A stretch of DNA of 63,361 nt, filler included, from Hyphochytrium catenoides (taxonomy: Eukaryota > Protista > Hyphochytriomycota): assembly GCA_900088475.1 (NCBI GenBank). It is 7 parts of 7 records of this genome, joined end to end, with 100 filler letters (N's around TTAATTAATTAA, not from the genome) between each part and the next. Parts side by side here need not be neighbours in the genome. Positions count along the whole stretch, not along the records: positions 1 to 14,342 come from FLMG01000872.1; positions 14,443 to 32,075 come from FLMG01004393.1; 5 more parts are not named here. One strand, written 5' to 3'. The notes beneath the pieces are model-generated. The model did no database searches, had not been told where the DNA came from, and saw nothing but the letters and a program-made list of their open reading frames with translations. A program made the translations under genes and the position numbers. Positions 13,456-26,245 of this stretch are shown one piece after another (within the stretch, counting starts at the first letter, position 1; the number at the start of each line of letters is the position of its first letter).

Positions 13456-14386
13456 CCGCTTACGGCAATCCTCTTCCATTGAAACTTTCGGAAATACTTC
13501 ATCGAGAACTTTGAGGAAACATTCGAAACATTGAAAAGCTTCATCCAATGTCATTAGATGAAAGTGCTCTACTTATCAATAGCTTTAGGGTAGTTTCCAT
13601 CGAGACTTTTTTTGGTAGCACGAGGTAGCATGCTACCAAATTGAGTTGGCTACATGCTACCAAATTGAGTTGGTAACGTCAATAATGTAGCATGCTACCA
13701 CAAAAAAATGTATCACGGTATCACATACCACAGCATGCGGACATTTGGGAATGACGATACTTTCCATGAAATATAGCAATTATTTCGTATCTTTCGCTTC
13801 AGCCTTGTAGGTCTCTAAATAAATGTCAGGCTCACATACCCCAAGCTTCTTCCGCCTTGGCACCAAATATTATGCGAGAGCAGGTGCTTCTGTCCTCTAG
13901 TTCGCCAGTGGTGCTTTTTGCCATCTCTTTGAAAGGAGGTTCGCAGTCAAGAAGGTTGTGAAGCAGAAAAAGACCATGAAGGCAAGCCAGAAAAAGAGGA
14001 GGCCATAGGCGGCATCATTAGAAGGTGAAGAGCTTTTCCTTCCTCTTGCCCTCATCTTCCTTTCTCTCCTCACAGCGCCCTTAAATCCAAGAGAAACAAG
14101 CGACTGCCCTTAGATGGCCCCGAAGAGGAGAACAGAGAGTCTGAAGGCGAGATTAGCCTACCTCAGGACCATCCTTTCACCTTTAAGCCTGTGTTTGGAA
14201 GCTGCTTTGCGAGGAGACCACCTTCTCCGAAGCACCACAAGACAGCAATAGCTGGTGAGGTAGCAGATTCAGTTCAAATGAGCAATGCTGGTTGAATTAA
14301 TGGCCTCCAGGAACCTACACGCCTCGTCAAGTCTCTGAAGCTNNNNNNNNNNNNNNNNNNNNNNNNNNNNNNNNNNNNNNNNNNNN

Positions 14387-14398
14387 TTAATTAATTAA
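14387..14398. other. Artificial contig-joining spacer TTAATTAATTAA within N-runs (also at 32120-32131, 50638-50649, 58740-58751, 60626-60637, 62229-62240)
   Basis: An identical 12-mer giving stops in all six frames, each embedded in two N-runs of similar length. Confidence 0.95.
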
Positions 14399-14792
14399 NN
14401 NNNNNNNNNNNNNNNNNNNNNNNNNNNNNNNNNNNNNNNNNNGAGAGAGAGAGAGAGAGAGAGGACACAAGGAGAGAGAAAATGAGTGAGAGGGAGTTAA
14501 AGAGACGACAGAGAGAAAGTGTGCGATAGCGGCGAGAGACTGGGTGTAGGACAACAACAAGGAAGGGCACAACTGTAGGAGGGCGTGAACGGAGAGGGAC
14601 AAAGGAAGAGAGAGAAAATAGACAGAGAGAGCGAGAGGAAAAGAGAGAGAAAGAGAGAGACAATAAGATAGAAGGCGAGTGGATGAGAGAGGAAACTTCC
14701 TGAAAGGGAAGAGTCGCTACCTCTTCATAACTCCACCAGAAGGTTCTTCTTCTCCTTCGCTCGCTGCTGTTCTCTTCATCGAGAGGGAGAGG

Positions 14793-14823
<31 letters not shown>

Positions 14824-15408
14824 GCTCTGAGGTAGGGACAGTAAGAGCAAGAGATGCAGGGAAAATTATAGAGAAAAGTAAGGAGGAGCAATGCGCGACG
14901 ATCTGTCTCTCTATGGATAGAAGGAGAGAGAAAGAGAGAGAGAAAATAGATGCTAACAGAGCAGCAGGACTGCAGGGGAAAGCGAGAGACAGATCAGACA
15001 ACGCAATAAAAGAAGGAGGAGGATCTTGGTCTATGGAAGCACACACAGACACACAGAGTGAGATGCTGAGACGGGAGAGAGAGACTCGCTCGAAGCTCTG
15101 AACTTGGATAAAGGTAACAATGTTTTGAGAGCAAGCACCCAACGAGTGAGGAGAGAGAAAGAGTTGAGTTGATTGACAATGGCGAGAACGGAAGCAAGGA
15201 ATGATGCTAGAGAAAGAGAGAGGAAAAAGGCGAGAGGGAGAAAGAAAGAGAGACAGAGAGACAGAGAGACAGAGAGATAGAGAGGCAGAGAGAGAGATAG
15301 GGAGAGGGAGAGACAGAGTGAGAGCAAGAGAGAGAGCGCAAAAGAGAGCAAGAGCGCGAGAGAGAGACAGAGAGGGAGAGAGAAAGAGAGGGAAAGAGCG
15401 AATAGAGC

Positions 15409-15452
<44 letters not shown>

Positions 15453-15858
15453 AAAGAGGTAAGGACAAACAGGGCAATGGAAAAGAGAGACACGTCTCAC
15501 TTGAGAGCGTACCACGCTCGAACAACATACAGCGGACTACGCACATACTAGCTTCAGCAATGGCCGCTAACGGCTCTCAGAAGATCTTTTCAAGTAAGAA
15601 CAGATCTTGCAGTTCTCTCTTCCAAGCTCTTCTCTGTCTCTCTCTCTCTCTCATTTCTATCCGTCTTTCTTACCTCTTTCGTTCTCTCTTTGCTGTTCTC
15701 TCCTCGTCTCTCCCCTCTTCTCTCCCCTCTTCTCTCTCCTCTTCTCTCCCCTTTGCTCTCTCTCATTCTTCAATCTTCCCCAGAACTTCATCTTGCCCAC
15801 CTAAGTGCTCTACTGCTCGAACAGAGAGAAAGATCGAAAAGAGAACGGCATTCAAACC

Positions 15859-16861
15859 ATGAGCATCGCATTAACTAGAGGTGCAGGGAGAAGGGTCAGC
15901 CTTCTGCTTTCCCATGTATCTGCCACTCGTGGGATGGCAGTGAAAGTGGGAGACAGACTTCCCAGCGTGAAACTCGCGGAGGATAAGCCAGACAACATGG
16001 TGGACATCACGTCTCTCTTCAAGAAGAAGAAAGGCGTTATCTTTGGAGTGCCCGGAGCCTTCACACCAAGTAGGCGTTCTGTCCTTCCTCACTCCCTCCT
16101 CTTCGCTCCAAGAGTCTTATCTCGCCTTGCACTTGTTTCTCTAACCGTCTGTTCTCTATCTATTCATATAAAGCTCTCTCTCTCTCGCCCTTCCCCGCAA
16201 GCCAAATCATTGTCTCCATCGACTCAGTCTCTTTCTTCGTGTTTCTCCTATAAACACCTTGGTAGCTTGCTCCAAGAGCCACCTGCCTGGCTATGTGAAT
16301 GACTATGACAAGTACAAAGAGAGAGGCGTCGACGTCATCGTCTGTGTGGCGGTCAATGATCCCTTCGTGATGTCGGTAGGTGTCTCTCTCTCTTCACTCT
16401 TTCAATCTCTCCTGCACTCTCTTCTCTCTCTTTCTCGCCGTTATGGAGGTGAAATCCTCCCCTTCCACTTGTTTAGTTCTTCCCTTCTTGGCAGTCGGAC
16501 CTTATGGTGACAACTACAACGGCTGCGGAGTTGTTCCATGCACTTTACCTTTCTCTCTCTCTCTCTTTCTCTCTCACTCTCTCTCTCACTCTCTCTTCTT
16601 TTTCTTTTCTCTCTTAAGGCCTGGGGCAAAGCTGAAGGCGCGACCGGAAAGGTTCGCATGCTGGCCGACACCAATGCGGAGTTCGCTAAAGCTCTAGGAG
16701 TAGACTTCAACGTCCCACCGTTGGGTGGCGTCCGCAATAAGCGCTTTTCTATGATAGTAGAAGACAATGTGATCCGCGCCCTCAATGTCGAGGCGGACAA
16801 CACGGGTCTCAAGTGCTCAGCCTCTTCTCTCATCCTTAAGGAGCTGGATGGGAAGAAGTAG
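15859..16861 (+). CDS. PRDX5: Type II / PRDX5-like peroxiredoxin, 3 exons (15859-16069, 16266-16375, 16619-16861), with an N-terminal transit-peptide-like extension
   Basis: GT-AG splicing yields [18 protein letters not shown] (peroxidatic Cys), [28 protein letters not shown] and GLKCS (C-terminal resolving Cys, as in PRDX5). Confidence 0.93.
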
Positions 16862-17345
16862 CAGACAGAAGAGAAAATTGAGGAAAAGTGAAGGGGCAGT
16901 AGCACCTAAGGGGACAGGAAGCAAGAACAAGCTGACGCTAGCGAGAGAAGGAGAGAGAGAGAGAGAGAATGGGGAGAGGATTGAAGGAGACTGCTATTTG
17001 TTGTTTCTCTGGGAATAATAATATAAAGCCGTTGTTTTATACATAAAAAAGATGAACCAAGAGACACTTCCCCTGGTACTTCAGGACAAGGCAGAGACAG
17101 GCCGTCGAGGTCCTTCGCTTTCTCTCCTTTCTGGGTGTCTCCCTCTCATGATAGCACATGGTGGACTTAACTGACATACAGTTTGAAAGAATAAGGAACC
17201 CCAGTGGACTGGCTCCCAAACTGGCCACTAAGAGAGACACTAGGGTTGATCCTTCCCCTTTTGGCCGCTCCAGCAGCCGTGGTCGCTTTTCTCCTCATCC
17301 TCTCTCCTCTCTCTCTCTCTTCGACTGCGGTACGGCCATCCTGCT

Positions 17346-19801
17346 CTACCTCCGTAGCAGGCGCGGTCGTACTAGAAGAAGTAGAGCTCCAAGAGCCACT
17401 CCTCCCAAGAAAATGCCCACTGCCACAGGAATTGCAACGCCTTCTCCTGCTCTTCCCCTTTCTCTCCATCCGAGGCTCTGCTGTCGCCGTCTTTCCTCCT
17501 CCATGTCAGACTTCAACTAGGGGCAGAGGCGACAAGATATACAGCAAGAGTGAGGAGAACGAATGTGAAAGAGGCAAGGCAACGCCCCAGAGCATGGAAG
17601 GGAAGAGAAAGGCAGAGACAGAGGAAAGCGGCCAAGATTGAATGGGAAAGGCTCTCACGAAAAGAGAAAGAGGAAAGGGTTACGAGACCTTCATCGTAAG
17701 CTTGAGAATCTGTTCCTTCCACTCCGGCTTGGAAAGCATAAATACGTTCCTGGAACTGAGAATGGCCGCCTCTAGGTCCTGGAGAGAGACAGAGAGCGAG
17801 ACACACATACACAGAGAAAGAGAGAGAGATGGGAGGAGAGAGAGAGACACACACACACCAAGAAAAGAGGAAGTCAGGAGCTGCTCCTCCAGTCTGCGAC
17901 TTTTTCATGTGAAAAGGCGGTACGTCTGCTCCCTTACGCTGTCAAGCTTCTTCTCTCTGCCAGAGTCCTCTCTTTTCTACCATAGCTATTTTCTCCGTTC
18001 TCTTTCTCTCCAATGTTATTCTCCTTTCTCTCCAATGACATTTAGCCCCATCTTGCCTTTGAAGTTGTGGGCAACTTGTCCGCAATTTCACAGAGTGAGG
18101 TCGGGGGAGCCACAAATGTAGGGCTTTCATCCTCTTCTCTAGCGAATACAAAAGAGAGAGAGAGAGAGAAGTAAGCCAAAACCCGAGGGGAAGATTGAAG
18201 GAAGGACAAATGAAAGACTGGGGCAAGCTATGAAGTCAAAGAGAGAGCTTGAATATATGAGAGAAGTGAGAAAGAAAGAGGGACGGCGAGAGAGGTCTGG
18301 GCCTAGGGGGAAGGCAAAGCAAAAATTGAGGAGGAAAAACTTGGAGTGAGAAAGAAAGTAACAAAAGAGAAGCGAGAGAGAAAGAGAAAGAGAAAGTGAG
18401 GAAGAGTAGAAGGATGGAACGAGAGAAGAGGCGTTAAGCCTACCCCACAACGGTTGACCAATGACGCTTATGCGGACAGCAGTAGATAGACACGATCGAA
18501 GACTAAGAGTAAAGAAGAGAGAACAACCTTGCAATTCTATCTCTAAGGTTGTATAGTTGCTCAAGCAGCTGGCGCTGTGGCAGCTCCAACGGACCATGAA
18601 CCTTAGCATAACTCTTGATCGAGCGCATCAGTGCCTTGTCCTTCGTCAGAGGCTTGGGAGGAGCACGGGTATACTTCGATTATCAAGAAAGAGAAAGAGA
18701 GAGAGAGGCACACAGAGTGGACGGAGGAGTGCGTGTGGCCCACAAAGGTGCAAGGGAGGAGGGAAAAGGGTTGTGAGAGGACGTGTTGAGTGAGAAAGAG
18801 GAAGCCATGATCGTCAGCAGGAGCCCAGCCGGAAGAGGCCTAAAAGATTGGGCGGGATCATAGCAAATTGGATGGATAAGTAGATAGACAGGTAAGAGGG
18901 AGAGAGAGATACAGAGAGAGAGAGAGAGAGAGAGAGAAGAAAAAGAAGAAGAAGGAGCAAATTGAACAAGAGCTACCATGGCATGCTAGCACACAATTAG
19001 AAGATATGCAAGACCAGAAGCACCACAGCCTAGCATCTGACTCCAAGACTCAGCAGCCCCAAAGACAAAGACACATGGGAAAGAATCGAGATACCAGACA
19101 AAGAAATCACGCCATCTTGAGCTCGACGGCCAGAGGCCTAACAAACAAAAAAGAGAAACAAACAAGCCATCGAATAGGAGAGAAGACGAGAGTAACTCTC
19201 TATCTATCTTTTCCGCTAAATATGTTACCAGCTGCAGACATTTTCTTTGGCAAATCTCCCAGACACCGTGAAAAGCTTCTTCTCCTGCTGTTTCCGGTGG
19301 CACCCCAACATCGCTCTCATCTCCCTCACTTGCAGACGATAGACCTGGAAGAGAGATAAGTGTTAGAGACGATAGAGACGAAGAAGAGGAAGGAGAGAGA
19401 GAGACGACCTCGGATTTGAAAAGAGAAGAGGGAAAGGGTCACAGGAAGGGAGAGCGTTACCATCTATATGTAAAGTAAACCCTGATAGCTCTCGACACAT
19501 TCTCTCGAAAAGGAAGATAAGGTAATGAGAGTCCAGTCGCCCATACTTCAGCTGTTTAAGAAAGAAGAGAAGAGAAGAGATGACGGCGGGCATGTCAAAA
19601 GGGAAGAAGGGCGTGTCAGTTGAGACTCAAGTGATGAAGAAGATGCAAAGAGACGGATTGAAGGGAGAGAGAGACAGGTGAAGACGTTGACTTCTGGCAC
19701 AGAGGAGAGAGTGTAAGAGGAGTTTGAGAAAAGGAAAAGAGCTTGAAGGGGTCGGTGGGGTTGTGAGAACACCCCAGATTGGCGGAGTTCGGGCCTAAGA
19801 A

Positions 19802-19849
<48 letters not shown>

Positions 19850-19862
19850 CACNNNNNNNNNN

Positions 19863-19900
<38 letters not shown>

Positions 19901-20119
19901 AGAGGGACAGAGAGACAGAGAGACAGAGAGAGAGAAGGAGTACAAATGAAGAAAAACAGTGAAGCAGCAGGATAGGATGTGACACAAAGAAAGAAAAAGA
20001 GAAAGACAGACTCTTGGCCGGTCACTGACCTCGTCTACTCCGCAGTATTGCACTAAGAGGTTCGTAAGAGCAGTCTTGGAGATACCAAGCGCACCACAAG
20101 CTACGGAAGGGAAAGAGAC

Positions 20120-20154
<35 letters not shown>

Positions 20155-22644
20155 NNNNNNNNNNNNNNNNNNNNNNNNNNNNNNNNNNNNNNNNNNNNNN
20201 NNNNGCTTGCATGGGCACAGAAGCGATGCCAGAAAGCAATGCAACGAGCACTAGGTACGCACTCCATCTTTGTCCAATCCGACACCCTGCTACTTTGTGT
20301 GTGTGTGTGTGTGTCTCTCTCTCTCTGCCCTGGGATAACCCTCTCTCTTTACATGCCGCTCGTTTAAGATGTTCTTCTTCCGTCTCTAGTCGCTCGTATA
20401 GATAATAAGCCTTTACGCTTTGTCTCTCCTGCACCGCTTTAGGTTCTCTCTTTCTTACCTTCCTGCGTGTCAAAGAGATTCACCACGAATACTCCGAAGT
20501 CTCTCTGTAGCGCCATAAGATCACCATCTGCCGCATGAAAGACCTGGAAGTTGACAAGCAATGGAAGAGAGAAGGCGCAAGCGATAGGGTTAGCTGCTTG
20601 ATGAGCCGTTGAGAGAGCGTAAATAGTAGAACAACTAATAGCACAAGAGGAGGGGAAAAGAGAGAGAAAGGGGAGAGAGAAACAGAAGAGAGAACAAGAA
20701 CAAGAGGCGGCGGAGATAGGCGAGAAGCGGAAGAGAAGAGAGAGAAAGAGAGATAGGTGAACAGATATATAGAGATAGAGAGATAGAGAGGAGAAAGCGA
20801 AAAGAGTGATCACAAGCATCATAACCCTTCTTTTATACATGGAACTAGACTCACGGAGAAGGGAGACGAGTCTTTGCCTGGAAAGTAAAGAGCGAAGGCC
20901 GTTGAGCGGGGAAAGAGCCTGGAGAGAGAAGAGGACAGAGGAGAGAGTGGCGAGAGGGAGGGCGAAAGAAGCAAATGAGAAAGAGACGGCATGGCAGAGC
21001 CACAAGATGCCCACGACCTTTATGACTCTTCCATCAGCAAAAACAGGCTTCAGCACATCTGGTAGCTCATCCCACAAGCTCAGTGCGTCCACGATATAGT
21101 CCGTCAGCCTGCGCAGAGTAGAGGGCAGGCCCAATGAGCGAGGAAGGTGAGGCAGAAGTCAAAACTAGGGAGAGGAAGAATGAAGACCGCTGCGGCTCTT
21201 CCCTGTCTCTCTTCTGGAAAAAGTCGGCTTTCCCATATCCGTCTCCCCCTCTCGGTCATAGCCTTCAAGCCCTTCCCTGTTCTCGTACTCCATCTGTCCA
21301 CACTTCCGATGTCTCTTTCTTTGCCTCTTCCCTGTTTGCTCTCTCTCTCTCTCTCTCTGCCCTAGTTCTGTGCTTTTTCCACTTTCTCTCCTTTTGCCTT
21401 CTCCTTGTCTCTTTGTCGATCTGCCCCTCTCTCAGTCTGTCGGTCTGTCTCTCTCTCTCAGTCTCTCTCTCTCTCTCTCTCTCAATCTGTCTCTCTCTCT
21501 CTCTCTCTTCTGTCTCCCTTCCCCTTTGTACCGGGTAGAGATCTGTATCAGGCAAGTGAGCCCATAGTAAGAACGGAAGTTGTTGCTCTCTACGTCCACG
21601 CCAATAACGTCGGTCAGTGCAAGGTCCCGCGCCATGGCTTGCAGCTGCTCCGACGTTTCTACAAGCTTCCAGTTCGTCTCTTCGGGGTGTAGGCAGTTTA
21701 TACCTACCCAGGGGAAGAGAGGGATAGAGAGAGAGATAAAAGATCAAAGATGAGAAGCGATAGCAGCACGCTAGCCTATTTTAAAGTAGAAGAGAAAAGA
21801 GAGTGACATCAGGAGTATCAACAGACAGAACCACTAGAGGACGGACTCACTCTCTCTCTCTCTCTCTTCCCCCCCCTTTCTCTCTNNNNNNNNNNNNNNN
21901 NNNNNNNNNNAGAAGGAGAACAAGCAAGAAGACAAGGCTCAGCTCACCTCCGAATTTCGCGACAGCATGCCAATTGCACTGCAACTGCTTGATAGCGTCC
22001 GTGAGAGGATGGCGCAGGAGCTCAGGATTTTTGTCGGGAGTGTTCACTGAGAGAGAAAGGTAAGGCGCGGAGTCTGCTTCTCTGGACCCTTTTGCTCTCT
22101 CTCTCTCTCTCTTTCTTTTTTTCCCTTTTCTCGCCGAATCTCTTTAACGCGTTAGCTCACTTTTGCCCAGCCTCCTCTTTGCACTTTCTATTGTCGTACA
22201 TTGTATCTCCACTCTCCCCTCATCCCATTCACTCCGTCCCTTCTATTTTGCATCCTNNNNNNNNNNNNNNNNNNNNNNNNNNNNNNNNNNNNNNNNNNNN
22301 NNNNNNNNNNNNNNNNNNNNNNNNNNNNNNNNNNNNNNNNNNNNNNNNNNNNNNNNNNNNNNNNNNNNNNNNNNNNNNNNNNNNNNNNNNNNNNNNNNNN
22401 NNNNNNNNNNNNNNNNNNNNNNNNNNNNNNNNNNNNNNNNNNNNNNNNNNNNNNNNNNNNNNNNNNNNNNNNNNNNNNNNNNNNNNNNNNNNNNNNNNNN
22501 NNNNNNNNNNNNNNNNNNNNNNNNNNNNNNNNNNNNNNNNNNNNNNNNNNNNNNNNNNNNNNNNNNNNNNNNNNNNNNNNNNNNNNNNNNNNNNNNNNNN
22601 NNNNNNNNNNNNNNNNNNNNNNNNNNNNNNNNNNNNNNNNTTTG

Positions 22645-22675
<31 letters not shown>

Positions 22676-22968
22676 CCTTTTCTCGCCGAATCTCTTTAAC
22701 GCGTTAGCTCAAATTTGCCCCAGCCTCCTCTTTGCACTTTCTATCGTCGTACATTGTATCTCCATTCTCCCCTCATCTACCATTCACTCCGTCCTTTCTA
22801 TTTTGCGTCCTTTCACCTCTCCCTCTCTCGCTTGTCTTCTCTCTTGTTCTCTCTCGCTTTTTCTCGGTCCCTCTCTCTCTTTCTCTTTCTCTCTCTCTCG
22901 CGTTCCCTCTCTCACTTTCTCCGCTCACTTTCTCCGCTCTCTATCTCCCGTCACCTCTCTCTTTCTAT

Positions 22969-23006
<38 letters not shown>

Positions 23007-23967
23007 CGTTTCTCTGTGCACACTTCTCTGTCAGTGCCGTTCTTTGTCTCTTTGAATCACACAATTTCTCTTCCTTCCTTTCTTCCCCTCTCATAGGTTA
23101 GCTCTACCCCCGCCCCCATACCCCTTTTTCCTCTCTCTTCCTCTTTTTCTCTCTCTCTCTCTCACACACTCTCTCTCTCACACACACACAATTCATCGTC
23201 GCTATCTTTCTTCTCTCACTTACCCACTTTCCTCTTGAATTTGAGCTGTGGCTTGGGTAGCGCTTCTGTTCCATCAGAGCGCCAGAGGGGACGAGGCGCT
23301 GATCGCCACTCTGGAGGCTCTCCTGTCGTAGTTACCACGACCCGCCTGAAGCCACAGACAGAGAGAGAGAGAGAGAGAGAGGCAGAGGGGGAGAGAGAGA
23401 GAGAGAGAGAGAGATAGAGAGGGAGAGAGATAGAGATAGAGATAGAGAGAGAAAAGAGATAACAGAAAGAGAACAAAATGGGTGCATGTTGTGAGAGAGA
23501 AGGACAAACGTGAAGAGCGGGAGAAGAGAGAGAGAGAGAGAGCAATTTAGGAGAGAGAGAAAGAGAAAAGAACGTTAATCAGCCAGAGAAAGAGAGAGGA
23601 CAAGACTAGCGTGACAGTAAAGAAAAGAGAGGAGAGAGACGAGAGAGTGAGACGGATTTATCATTCAAGAGCTTCAGAGAAATGCAGTCAGATCTAGGGA
23701 GGGAGGAGAAGAACTGGGAGGAGAGAGCGAAAGGGATAGAGAGGAGCGAGAAAGAGAAGGACAAGAGAGGCTGGATCAGAGGGAGAGACAAGAAGAGAGA
23801 GAGAGAAGAGGCTAACCCTTTCGATAGGATAGCCTCTCCCTTCTGTGCTTACCGTTTGTGCCCCTGCTGCTCGCTGTCATGCCAAAGCCCAAACTTGTCA
23901 GCCAAAATATGAACTATCCGTCTCTCTGAAGCAGGCGCAAGCAATGTCAGAGCATACCCGTTCAAAC

Positions 23968-24016
<49 letters not shown>

Positions 24017-24273
24017 AGAGAGAAGAGAGGGAAGGAGGGAGAGAGCGAAGAAGTAGAACGAAAAGAGGGAATTCAGAATAGAAGAACGCTGTGATGACTC
24101 TGGGAGGAGAGAAGGACAGAGAGAGACAAAGAGAGGAGAGAGAGACAAAAGAGAAGAGAGGGAGCCAGAGAGCGAAGGAAGTAGAAGAAGAAAGGGAATC
24201 CAGAAAAGGAGCAAAAAAGTGCTCAAAGAGATAGAGACAAATAGACGGACAGTGCCTCTACGATGCGGGGGGA

Positions 24274-24340
<67 letters not shown>

Positions 24341-25491
24341 AGAGATGGCCACTTCTCTCACGTGGAGGGGAGAGAGAGACAGGAAACTCGATCTTGGTCT
24401 GCACTTCTCCATCCAGAATGTGCTCTCCCGCTTTCAGTTTGCAGAGTAGCTCGCTCACGGACTCGGCCCACTCGTCCCGACCTGTGGCCTTTAAAAGGCC
24501 ACGCAGGTAGAATGAGGGAAGGAGAGAGAGAAGGAGAGAGAGGTGGTAAGAGAGAGAGAAGAGAAAGAGAGGGAGTGCGAGAGAGAGTGTGAGAGAGTGA
24601 GAGGGAGAGAGAGAGAAANNNNNNNNNNNNNNNNNNNNNNNNNNNNNNNNNNNNNNNNNNNNNNNNNNNNNNNNNNNNNNNNNAGACGAGGAGAGAAATA
24701 GAGGGTAAGGCAAAAGAGAGACGTTGGAAGAGAGGAAAGAGAAAGAGGGAGAGGGAGACGCGAGAGAGGGAAAAGGTGAGAAATCAAAGGAGGAGAGATA
24801 GGACACAACGACCGAAAGAGTTAAGAGGTTAATGAGTGAAGTAAAAGAGGAACGATTTTCTTCTCTAACTTCACAAGACAAAAAACAGAGAACAGAGTGA
24901 GAGGGAGAGGGAGAGAGAGAGAGGGGGAGAGAGAGGATAACCGAGAGAGAGGGAGGAGACGGAGAGCGAGGGGGAAAGAGAGAGAGAGAGGAGCCGACAC
25001 GAACGAGTGAAAAGGGTGGCAGGCGAAAGCGAGAGAGACGTAGGCTGGAAGAAATCTAGGAAGAAGAGATCTTGGAGCTTGCCTTCGCTGCTGGGTTCGG
25101 CATCCTTCTTTCTCTTCTCTCCGCCGTCCCGACAGAGAAAGGCCGATTGTGCTAATCTAATGAACTCCACTTTCTTTCGTTCTCTCTCTCTCTCTCTCTT
25201 CTTCTCTTCTTCCTCTCGCTGGTTGCTCTCTCTATCTCTGATGCTCTTCTGCTCACGGATCCTCTCTCTCAAGGCTGGGGCTTGGCAGGTAGCTTGACTT
25301 GCCGATGACAGTCTCTCAGACGCACTGAGAAGACAAAAAGAAAAGATTTTATAGGAAGATTTGAAGAGACAACTGCAAGCAGGTGATCAGCACCATGAAG
25401 AGAGAGAGAGAGAATGGGAAAGAGAGAGAGAGAGACAGAGGAAGGAGAAAAGGAGAGCGGGACAACTAGATTGAAAGAAACGGTACGAGAC

Positions 25492-25536
<45 letters not shown>

Positions 25537-25610
25537 AAAGAGACAAAGGGCCGAAACTTGCGGTGCAGTACCCGAAAGTAATTGTTTATCAACATCTGTA
25601 TATCAGCCAT
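17346..25610 (-). CDS. RRP6: RRP6/EXOSC10-like 3'-5' exoribonuclease (DEDDy + HRDC), multi-exon; 5' exons uncertain
   Basis: Exon translations: PKPQLKFKRKV (~23240), IGVDVESNNFRSYYGLTCLIQIST (ExoI, ~21535-21610), DYIVDALSLWD..LKPVFAD (~21010-21100), VFHAADGDLMALQRDFGVFVVNLFDT (ExoII, ~20465-20545), LKYGRLDSHYL (ExoIII, ~19520-19550), HRDC LYNLRDRIAR/EEDESPTFVAP..EIADKLP (~18060-18560). Last exon 17346-17516. Confidence 0.85.
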
Positions 25611-26155
25611 TATCCTTGAAGAGAAAGAACTTTATTTTCGGGACTCGGACGGCATGATGATGATGATGATGGATTTATGCACTCTCTCTCTCTCGCTTCT
25701 TTCTCTCTCTCTCTCTCTTCTTTCTCTCTCTCTCTCTTATAGTAATATTCTAGGAAGTTATAAAGGGAGAAAACGCTGACGAGAGAGAGAAACCGGCAGA
25801 AGAAAGAGAAGAGAAGTCGGAGGATTACTCATCCTGTCGACTGGTAGGAGACAGGGGAGATACTAGCGAGAAGAAGAAAGATAAGCAGTAGGGCTCGACA
25901 GGGAACAAAGAAAGCCACGTTCACTGGATTGTTGAGAACAGACAGAGAAAGAGAGATAGAGACAAACAGACAGGCAGAGAAATTGGACGCGAGCTTTCCT
26001 TATGCTCTTCTGTCTTTACTGCTAAGTATCCTGCTCTATATACTATTTCTATAGACAAATGGGAAACCTATGAGCAAATCTAAATAAAAGGAGTGCTTGG
26101 GCACGTCAGGCTCGAAGAATAACCGAGAGGAGAGAGGGAACACCACGAAGAAAGA

Positions 26156-26189
<34 letters not shown>

Positions 26190-26245
26190 GACCAGAAGAT
26201 AAAAGAGATAAGTGAAAGAGAGTAGGATACTAGGGGAGACAATTG

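Noticed and set aside
14343-14441. Recurrent TTAATTAATTAA as a biological motif, and gene clustering across it (e.g. FRO, CHS and NRT2 as one nutrient island)
   Set aside because: It is an assembly spacer; adjacency across spacers is not evidence of linkage.
18050-18060. GC donor (AAG|GCAAGA) in RRP6 as a sign of unusual splicing
   Set aside because: A single inferred GC-AG intron is within normal eukaryotic frequency; the other junctions I could read are GT-AG.
22091-22812. ~165-bp direct repeat on both sides of a 384-N gap
   Set aside because: Probably an unresolved intronic tandem repeat or haplotype overlap at a scaffold gap; it cannot be interpreted.
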